The translations under genes and the position numbers were made by a program. The notes below the pieces were generated by a model, which made no database searches, was not told the DNA's origin, and saw only the letters and a list, made by a program, of their open reading frames with translations. A stretch of 51,300 bases of DNA from Chara braunii (lineage: Eukaryota; Plantae; Charophyceae): assembly GCA_003427395.1 (NCBI GenBank), contig BFEA01000033.1, forward strand, positions 3,822,924-3,874,223, written 5' to 3'. This document shows, one piece after another, positions 46,244-51,300 of this stretch. Numbering within the stretch: position 1 is the first letter of the stretch; each line of letters opens with the position of its first letter.

Positions 46244-47968
46244 TTTTTTTTTTTTTTTTTTTAATTTTAAACACCCGGGGTGGTGGTAGGGGTGAGAGCA
46301 GACACCGCTAGCACTCCCAGGGAGGCTCCATCTATTGGTGGGGAGCGGCACCTGCTGGAAATCGTGTCCAGCTAGGGTTGATTTCGTTTGGGGTCGGTAT
46401 AACAGTCATGGATGTGGCTGTTGAGACCTCAACGCATGGACAGCAGGATAGATCTGGGGTGCCTTACACAACAGAGTGGTCTGGATGTCGTTATTGTATT
46501 GTTTGTGTTGCTGTGCAGTTGAAAGGTTATGAGCTGGTGAAGACAGTACACCTGGATCATCGGCCATTCGATATGGAGAGAGATCTCTTGACACCGACTT
46601 TCAAGAAGAAGCGCCCACAATTGCTCAAGTATTACAAGGTACTTGAGCCTCTACTTGGCGGGTGTCCATTCCCGCAGTTTGGTATCTTCCATCCTGGAGT
46701 GAGTGGAGACTGTTATAAAGCCACTGCTTGAGTCTGCTTCTTCTTTCTTTCTTTTTTTTTTTTTTTTGTGTGTGTGTGTGTGTGAAAAGCCCTGGGATAT
46801 CGTGAGTCTGTTGATACGTTTAATTGCATTTTTGACTTGCCGGTGCATAGGAACCGGATTGATGCTCTCCGGAATGTATATGGAGCCAGGGCCATAAGGA
46901 CCCGTTTTTTTTTTCAGGCCCTTGGATAAGCCAGCTATCCCAATGGTGGTGAAAGAACCATCGGGATTGGAGGCTTGGTTGGCGGGCTGCTCCATCTTTT
47001 GGTGGGGAGCCGCACCTGCTGGAAACCGGGTCCAGCGTCCCATAGGTACATCAAGTAGGAAACCCAGATGGAAAATGGGTCCAGCGTCCCATGTCTGGTA
47101 AGTAGCTGTGTGCGGTAATGATAATTGTGCTAAACTACCAGCAAACGTTGGGGCGTGAGGCCACCTCTTCGTCCTGCATCAGACCGTCAAATCCCTCTCG
47201 CTGCCCTAGCTGCTACGCCCTGTTTCTTCTGAACAACACAGCTACCAACCTGGCCTGCACCGCTTGCCCAACCTGGAGGCCTTTGTTGGTATAGACAGGG
47301 CTGTGTATGTCCTCTCGCCTGTCTATGCCTCCATTTCACTGAGATAGGCTGGCAGTAACACCATGTGGAGTTATACCTGCTGCTGCTTATGTTGTCTAAA
47401 GTCTGTTTGTTCATCTCACTGAGATACACAGAGATCTTGAGCACCCCACTCACTGTCAAACTGTGGCTAAAGTCCAATCAAGTGAACATGGCTTGACTCA
47501 GCACAACTTGTGCCTCTGATGGTTTGCCTGACGAGTATGCCCATATCGAAGGTTCTGAGTGGGGATATTTCCTGGTCTATATCGGTCTCTCGTTGGCTAC
47601 CACTCCTCTTGAGTGTGGGCTTATTGTCATCGTCCACAGTTGTGCTGATAGAGCGAACATGAAAGGCATGAGAATATCTGACGTGCACACAACGGTTGGA
47701 CTGACTGATCACTATGCGGCTTGACTTGATTTTGCTTGCCTGCCTACCTTACCCATGCTGAAGTAAGATTCTCAGGATGGGGATACGACCTGAGGAATGG
47801 CGTTCTCCTCGTTTTGGCTAGCGTTCTTTTTATGCAGTGCGGGCAGGTGTTGCTCTTGCTTGAGACCTGACATTTTGATTTTGGCTTTTGACTGATTTCT
47901 CTCAGGCTGAGGTGGATGCAATGTATGCGGAGGTGAAGAAGAAGGAAGTCATCAAGCCTTCCGCTTAA
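3547..47968 (+). CDS. LACS: Long-chain acyl-CoA synthetase (LACS4/5-like), 20 exons, 666 aa: join(3547-3698,13307-13370,15925-16014,17134-17190,18274-18322,20706-20782,22415-22454,23759-23853,26264-26353,28006-28083,30710-30820,31885-31972,34076-34142,35502-35577,36441-36558,42609-42851,45033-45172,45700-45882,46519-46638,47906-47968)
   Basis: Hand-spliced exons all have AG/GT boundaries and compatible phases, summing to 2001 nt with no internal stop. Motifs: [27 protein letters not shown] (AMP-binding P-loop), [61 protein letters not shown]. Colinear with Arabidopsis LACS4 as I recall it. Confidence 0.96.
6169..6360 (-). mobile_element. tRNA-derived SINE, copy 1
   Basis: Minus strand has A box TAGCTCAGTTGG (6338-6349) and B box GAGTTCGAATC (6284-6294), then an A-rich tail; homologous copies at ~9279 and ~50435. 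Confidence 0.7.
6380..6870. repeat. Complex tandem repeat (~80-bp unit in a ~220-bp higher-order repeat)
   Basis: gcggc(a/g)agacacaccgagggaaa occurs four times. Confidence 0.85.
6891..7059. mobile_element. Fold-back MITE with ~65-bp TIRs, TA-flanked (Tc1/mariner-like)
   Basis: Left arm gggcattcaactc..cctggccgcaatttcg..ttgaaccgaaatcg is the reverse complement of the right arm; TA at 6889-6890 and 7060-7061; related arm at ~3983-4055. Confidence 0.7.
7764..7867. mobile_element. ~105-bp palindromic MITE, family A
   Basis: TA-CCGTCTTCA...GACGG-TA; a split copy lies nearby at 7450-7498 + 7693-7725. Confidence 0.75.
8500..8572. repeat. (GA)n microsatellite
   Basis: Directly visible. Confidence 0.95.
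8879..8980. mobile_element. Palindromic MITE, family A
   Basis: tcttcaccggaatagaacg...gggtgaagacggta. Confidence 0.75.
9279..9432 (-). mobile_element. tRNA-derived SINE, copy 2
   Basis: Colinear with copy 1 (aaagggcgacg..ttgagatatcatca..actgacc...aactgggctaggcccg). Confidence 0.65.
9448..9684. repeat. 120-bp tandem duplication
   Basis: tttcatgtgtaggtggtttctgtgatcgacataaga...ttttacttcag twice. Confidence 0.9.
10097..10515. repeat. Minisatellite, ~22-bp unit GGCGGCAAGTCAGTGAAGTTTT
   Basis: More than 12 degenerate head-to-tail copies with a higher-order pattern. Confidence 0.92.
11458..12860. repeat. (TGAT)n-rich compound repeat with an internal inversion
   Basis: Long TGAT runs; 12308-12402 is the reverse complement of 12531-12625, which recurs at ~12762-12856. 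Confidence 0.85.
12946..12996. repeat. Poly-G tract
   Basis: Over 35 consecutive G; length may be a sequencing artefact. Confidence 0.8.
13307..13370 (+). CDS. LACS: LACS exon 2 ([21 protein letters not shown])
   Basis: ctgcag acceptor, gtgagt donor, phase-compatible; matches the SVEKYPNNPMLGRR-type segment. Confidence 0.9.
13771..14058. repeat. 33-bp x3 tandem repeat followed by a ~105-bp-period duplication
   Basis: tgtacctcctggagtgatacgatgggtatgggc x3; caggacgacaagggatcacc...cacacctgtaa x2. Confidence 0.9.
15925..16014 (+). CDS. LACS: LACS exon 3 ([11 protein letters not shown]...GKKS)
   Basis: gcag/gtaagt; YVWxTYxE motif. Confidence 0.9.
16939..17124. repeat. 93-bp tandem duplication of the intron 3 acceptor region
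   Basis: tgacagaatgcagccc...ttgtcttttct at 16939 and 17032. Confidence 0.92.
17134..17190 (+). CDS. LACS: LACS exon 4 ([19 protein letters not shown])
   Basis: Polypyrimidine tract + cag, gtaag donor; [10 protein letters not shown] motif. Confidence 0.94.
17663..17726. repeat. (GT)n(GA)n compound microsatellite
   Basis: Directly visible. Confidence 0.95.
18274..18322 (+). CDS. LACS: LACS exon 5 ([17 protein letters not shown])
   Basis: cag/gtgagt; VPLYD(S/T)LG motif. Confidence 0.92.
19108..19643. mobile_element. TTAA-flanked non-autonomous DNA transposon (piggyBac-like), 536 bp
   Basis: TTAA|CCGGAAAGAAACGTACGTACGTT ... AACGTACGTACGCTTTTTTCGGG|TTAA; AT-rich core with an internal 35-bp direct repeat. 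Confidence 0.7.
20706..20782 (+). CDS. LACS: LACS exon 6 ([11 protein letters not shown]...KMPV)
   Basis: cacag/gtgagt; AVxFIIxHA motif. Confidence 0.92.
20945..21053. mobile_element. Palindromic MITE, family A
   Basis: tactgttttcacccgaatagaa...ttctattcgggtgaagccgg. Confidence 0.75.
22415..22454 (+). CDS. LACS: LACS exon 7 ([13 protein letters not shown])
   Basis: acag/gtgagt; 40 nt restores phase with exon 8; weaker homology. Confidence 0.8.
23759..23853 (+). CDS. LACS: LACS exon 8 (VICMGE...YSWQEFIDM)
   Basis: gcag/gtaagg; YSWxEF motif. Confidence 0.9.
24270..24931. mobile_element. Non-autonomous hAT-like element, 662 bp, 8-bp TSD
   Basis: TIR CATGCTTGCAACCGCACG vs rc CATACTTGCAAGCGCACG; perfect TSD CTTTGAAG at 24262-24269 and 24932-24939; empty paralogous site at ~25001-25051. 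Confidence 0.85.
26264..26353 (+). CDS. LACS: LACS exon 9 (...[16 protein letters not shown])
   Basis: AMP-binding signature; cag/gttagt. Confidence 0.96.
27085..27103. other. Nextera adapter half (artefact)
   Basis: AGATGTGTATAAGAGACAG directly after an N gap. Confidence 0.97.
27416..27520. repeat. Purine-rich ~30-35-bp tandem repeat x3
   Basis: ggggaatgaagactaattgaa..aagaggaagcg repeated. Confidence 0.85.
28006..28083 (+). CDS. LACS: LACS exon 10 (GVVLSHE...KVNFE)
   Basis: tag/gtgcga; continues PK-GV. Confidence 0.9.
28477..28680. repeat. (GT)n(GA)n compound microsatellite with duplicated gaatgggcatcagattgttgtca
   Basis: Directly visible. Confidence 0.95.
29277..29399. other. Two near-complete Nextera junction adapters within a (CT)n tract (artefact)
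   Basis: Adapter at 29277-29312 and 29365-29399. Confidence 0.97.
30710..30820 (+). CDS. LACS: LACS exon 11 (...[15 protein letters not shown]...IGFWQG)
   Basis: SYLPLAHI motif; cag/gtatgt. Confidence 0.95.
30916..31020. repeat. 36-bp tandem repeat x3
   Basis: tacttcatgtcttggaca(a/g)actatcctct repeated. Confidence 0.9.
31885..31972 (+). CDS. LACS: LACS exon 12 (DVKLL...[18 protein letters not shown])
   Basis: LKPT..VPR motif; gcag/gtaagg. Confidence 0.95.
32353..33171. mobile_element. Cluster of four family A MITE copies (32353-32450, 32578-32686, 32824-32932, 33063-33171)
   Basis: Repeated TIR motif; the middle two sit in a ~246-bp tandem duplication. Confidence 0.8.
33899..34020. repeat. 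(GT)n(GA)n compound microsatellite upstream of exon 13
   Basis: Directly visible. Confidence 0.95.
34076..34142 (+). CDS. LACS: LACS exon 13 ([21 protein letters not shown])
   Basis: ccag/gtatgt, phase-compatible. Confidence 0.9.
34878..34987. mobile_element. Variant of palindromic MITE family A
   Basis: ccgtcttcccccgaataca...tgtattcggaggaagacag. Confidence 0.55.
35502..35577 (+). CDS. LACS: LACS exon 14 (KLSRLELG...LVFGK)
   Basis: acag/gtaggc; LVFxK motif. Confidence 0.9.
36441..36558 (+). CDS. LACS: LACS exon 15 ([18 protein letters not shown]...QGY)
   Basis: LGGxVR..SGAAP and QGYG motifs; cag/gtgagc. Confidence 0.96.
39177..42207 (+). mobile_element. Putative Helitron/Helentron-like insertion in intron 15 (may extend left to ~38200)
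   Basis: 3' hairpin CGCGG-GCGAAG-CCGCG (42178-42193) 10 nt before CTTG|T; hairpin TACGGGGAACCCCGTA at 39188-39203; A/C-rich on + strand against the G/T-rich host intron; no Rep/helicase motif recognised. Confidence 0.4.
39618..41508 (+). pseudogene. Decayed ORF of unknown family inside the intron-15 insert
   Basis: Overlapping 325- and 340-aa frames separated by a stop and frameshift near 40640-40710; P/Q/T-rich stretches alternate with globular-looking segments; many ambiguous bases. Confidence 0.4.
42609..42851 (+). CDS. LACS: LACS exon 16 (GLTETCAG...GWFHT)
   Basis: GLTE, GTVGPP, RGEIC, GYYKR, DGWFHTG motifs; cag/gtaatt. Confidence 0.97.
43156..43647. mobile_element. GC-rich DNA-transposon-like insertion, centre is an N gap
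   Basis: TAGG...CCTA ends, CCCGGG-rich subtermini, flanks GATGGTTAGC / GATGTTTAGC (10 bp, 1 mismatch). Confidence 0.45.
44352..44537. repeat. 93-bp tandem duplication
   Basis: gcccatcc(a/g)gagagggaacacatgtg...gtcgcctgc twice. Confidence 0.9.
45033..45172 (+). CDS. LACS: LACS exon 17 (DIGEW...[20 protein letters not shown]...EM)
   Basis: Fatty acyl-CoA synthetase signature; cag/gtaagc. Confidence 0.97.
45278..45427 (+). repeat. Diverged tandem copy of the exon 17 3' part, donor and intron start
   Basis: gttgctgtcgagaatttggcaaacatatattgacagtgcagcgcagtggggatg|gtgagc mirrors 45118-45272. Confidence 0.9.
45700..45882 (+). CDS. LACS: LACS exon 18 ([10 protein letters not shown]...GKRGK)
   Basis: WVYGNSFES motif; cag/gtaagt. 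Confidence 0.96.
45945..46049. mobile_element. Palindromic MITE, family A
   Basis: taccatcatcgcccgaatagaa...gggtgaagacggta. Confidence 0.7.
46519..46638 (+). CDS. LACS: LACS exon 19 (LKGYE...[19 protein letters not shown])
   Basis: Conserved C-terminal motif; cag/gtactt. Confidence 0.96.
47906..47968 (+). CDS. LACS: LACS exon 20 ([20 protein letters not shown])
   Basis: ctcag acceptor; (V/I)DxMY motif; TAA at 47966-47968. Confidence 0.88.
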   Translation, partial: AEVDAMYAEVKKKEVIKPSA

Positions 47969-48296
47969 AGGGAAAACCGGCATTGGCCCAGATATATGGC
48001 GATGGAACAGGATTTTGATCGTGTGGTTCTCTTTCCATGCATGGGGCGAGTCTGAGAATCAAGCCGTTTGGGTAGCACAGGTGTTGTCGGCCATTCTACG
48101 ATGTCCACAATGCATGGCATGATGGAGTTCGATCCTGAACAAGTGGATTGGTCTTCTGCTGTGAATCATGTCCCCCTAGGGTTCTTGGTGGCAATCCTGA
48201 GTATGTGGATAACATCACCGTGAGGATCGCGGGGGACGACCCTGATGAGTCTGTCAGTCAAAGCTTTCAGTACAGGTTTCCGTGGGAGCGGGGGGC

Positions 48297-48610
48297 AATG
48301 TCTAGGGGTACTGGGTGGTATTGATCCTGCGTTCGTCAGTGTACGGAGAGTATTACAGCAAGGATCCTTGGGGCAACCCAGAGTCAGTCTGTGAAAGCTT
48401 TTGGGAAGGGCTTTTGTGGGAGCAGAGTACATAGTCTAGGGGTACTGGGTGACAGTGGTGTTTGGGGGGTACTTGGTTGGTATTAATCCCACGTTTGTCA
48501 GTGTGCGGAGTATTTCAGCAAGGATCCTGGGGGCAACCCAGAGTCGGTCTGTGAAAGCTTTCAGTGAGGGCTTTTGTGGGAGCAGAGTACAGAATCTATG
48601 GGTTACAACT
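48297..48610. repeat. Tandem duplication downstream of the LACS stop
   Basis: ggtatt(g/a)atcc..cgtt(c/t)gtcagtgt..cagcaaggatcc..gggagcagagtaca twice. Confidence 0.8.
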
Positions 48611-50434
48611 TGGTGGTAGTGGTGTTTGGGGGGTACTTGGTGGCATCACTGGCGTTGGCGCGTATGTATCGTGATGATAAAACAAGGTCTTGATCATGTG
48701 GTTTGCGTTCCGTGTATGTAGCGGGGTAATCTTAGAACTGCGAACCGCACCATTCGCATAACACAGGTTGCGCTATTATATATTATAGCATGTCTACACA
48801 TAGTGACGTAGCATGACAGAGTTGTAGCATGAAGACATTTGGACGGGTCTGCTGCTGTGAAGTGCACAGTTTTAAGGTTTAAAGCTGGAGGGCATCACAG
48901 TTTGCGTTGGGCCCAACGCTGAGCGTGTGCTCAGACAGGTTTGAGAACAGATTTCCTTGGGAGCAGGATGGAATCTAATGGTAGTGGGTGTCGCTCACAT
49001 CTGGAGGAAGTGGTGAGCATGGCGCTCGTTCTAGAGCAGAAGGTTGAGTACCTAAGTATTGCCCAGCATGCATGGTAGCGTCTGGCATGTTCGTAGTCGG
49101 CAAAGCCTGAAATTGTCAGCACATTGAGAAGAGGGAGACCACGGTAGTGATCGAGAGCAGGAGGTAAGCACCATATGTGTAATGTACCCAGTAGTTTATG
49201 ATGATGATTATGATGATGATGACCCTCTGAATGGGGAAGGTTTGTGAATACCATTTGAGTGGAAATGGGAGTTCTATTATTTTGTGAGTTGTTGAATAAG
49301 AAATTGTACTGGCCCATTGGACAGAAACCATGATTTGTTTGTTCTATGTCGGCGTGAAATGGTTTGGAAACGTCTCTATATTCAGTTGGGGGAGTGTTCA
49401 TTAAACTTCATTTAATTATCATTGTGACATTTCCCAGGGGGGCTGGACCTGTTTGTGTCAGAGAGAGCTGGTGAAAAGCCTGAACTCTTGCCTCACTGGA
49501 TTTTTGGTAATGGATTGGCATAGTCAGACTCTTGGCACAGTGGATGTTTTTGTTGGATTTCTTTTTTTTTTTTTTTTTTTTGGGTCTTCATTACTCGTTT
49601 TTGCTCATGGGATGGTTGTCCATCCTTGCATGAGGAGTTCTCGGCTTGTGTCTTCTTCACTGGTTTTGAAGAATGGTTCTATTTACTCTTCCGGCGTGAT
49701 GTGCAATTCCCAGTTTGCACCTGGTGGAAAAGGGGAGCTGCATGGACACTACTGCTGTGGCTTTGGAGAAAAGGTTCTATTTACTTTACTCTTCCGCAAT
49801 GGACGCTACTACAGCGGCTTTGGAGAAAGGTTCTGTTCACTCTTCTGGTATGATGTGCAGGATGTGCATTTCCCGATTCACAAATGGAGCGGGTGCATTA
49901 CACGGGCACTACGGTAGAGTACAGTCTCAACTGGTTTTGCACAAAATTGACAATTGAAAATTCCTTTATATTTTTTTGGGGGGGTATTGTTTTCAGATGG
50001 TTCCTACTTTAGAATGATATGTGCAATGGATAATTTCGCACCGGACTTTTTTTTTTTTTTCTTAGGGCAGGAAAGGTCTGTTAGGGAAGGTGTATGCAAA
50101 AGTTTCTGCACTGTGTCCGCAAGACGATGTTATGCCCGGAATGGGACGCTGCGTCCTGTCCTTGTGAATCGAATGTGGATGTCGTGAATCCGATGTGTAT
50201 GTTTACTAAGCCGTAGAAGCCTAGAAGGTGGACACGATCTTTTTTTTTTTTCTTTTTTTTTTTCTTCCCTTCATGGCGGACATGAGTTTTTTACCTCCCC
50301 CTTCATGGCGGACATGATCTTTTTTTTTTTTCCCGCCCGTGAGGGCCAATTTAGTTTCCAACTGTCTGGAGAGTTGTGGTCTCCTGTTTTGTTTAGATTA
50401 GCGTTAACTAATATTAAGTATGCATAGTACCCAT

Positions 50435-50608
50435 GGGCCTATCTCAATTGATACTACTTGATACACCCATGGAACTGTTGAAATACAGACCGAAGTTCCC
50501 ATCCGGGTTACAATCAAATGAACAGAAGAATTATCTTTTTGAATCACCTGGGGACGGTCAGTTCAATGGTGATATCTCGAGACCCTCGCCCTTTTAAAGA
50601 AAGAAGAA
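50435..50608 (+). mobile_element. tRNA-derived SINE, copy 3 (degenerate)
   Basis: gggcctatctcaattg...gaactgttgaaat...ggtcagttcaatggtgatatctcgag..cgccctttt+A-rich is the reverse complement of copy 1. Confidence 0.65.
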
Positions 50609-50626
50609 TCTTGAGCATTCATAGGA

Positions 50627-50837
50627 GAAAGCTTCTTGACTTGGTGATCGACATAACAATAATGACATTTGTCGAAATGCCACTGATTGCTCACTTAGAT
50701 AATCATAGATAATTAGAGCGTGAATTCCATCGTCTTGGAAAAATTCTCCCAAAGAACAACCTGCATAAGGAGCAAGAAATTGAAGAGGAGCAGGATCTGA
50801 TGCAGTGGCTGCCACAATAATAGAATATTCTAAAGCT
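50627..50837 (-). pseudogene. atp1: NUMT: fragment of mitochondrial ATP synthase alpha subunit
   Basis: [70 protein letters not shown] matches plant mitochondrial Atp1 better than plastid AtpA; conserved residues are substituted; truncated at both ends. Confidence 0.9.
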
Positions 50838-51300
50838 ATGTTGCACGCCCGGCCGCGGCCGGGGGGTCCAAGTCGGCCGCGGCCTAGGCCGATGGCCGAA
50901 TCTGCCGGGCTTGGCCTGGGCCGACCAGCCAACTTCGGTGCAAGATTTTTATGTTTTTTTCTAATGCATGAAAAATATATATATGTGTAGGGCTAAAAAT
51001 ACCCTACACTCATTTTTTATTTTTTTTTTTCGAATCCGACTTTGTTTAAGATTTTTAAAAAATCAAAAACTAAAATCAATTTAAACAAAATTAAAAGAAA
51101 TATATAAAGAAAAGCAGGATTTTTTTTTGGTCATTTTTTATCATTAGATATATGGTCCGTGAGTTTACCTGTATTTTTTCAGAAATGAATTTATGTTTTT
51201 TTGCAGAAGTATGAGGTGTTTTGAAAAAATGCAGATGCAAAAAAAAAGGGATTGATTGATTGATTGATTGATTTATTGGTGGTGGGGGAGGAGGCGCCCC

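Noticed and set aside
50627-50837. Plastid atpA (NUPT) or a functional gene
   Set aside because: [16 protein letters not shown] and HALIIYD are mitochondrial-type; fragment is truncated and degenerate

Overview
Eukaryotic, plant-lineage nuclear DNA from a draft Nextera mate-pair assembly, with N-gaps and left-in adapter. There is one protein-coding gene: a + strand long-chain acyl-CoA synthetase (LACS4/5-like). I reconstructed it by hand as 20 GT-AG exons from ATG 3547 to TAA 47968, giving a 2001-nt CDS (666 aa) spread over about 44 kb. Introns and flanks are filled with repeats: about 10 copies of a ~105-bp palindromic TA-flanked MITE, Tourist/Harbinger-like MITEs, a hAT-like element with an 8-bp TSD and a nearby empty site, a TTAA-flanked piggyBac-like element, three copies of a tRNA-derived SINE, two LINE ORF2 3' fragments, and mini/microsatellites. 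Intron 15 holds a ~3-4 kb Helitron/Helentron-like insert with a decayed ORF I cannot assign. A mitochondrial atp1 fragment (NUMT) lies downstream. The intron size and splice signals suggest a large-genome streptophyte, possibly a charophyte alga (inference). I found no convincing new multi-gene system. The best leads are the intron-15 insert, the piggyBac-like element and duplicated splice signals that may create unproductive isoforms.
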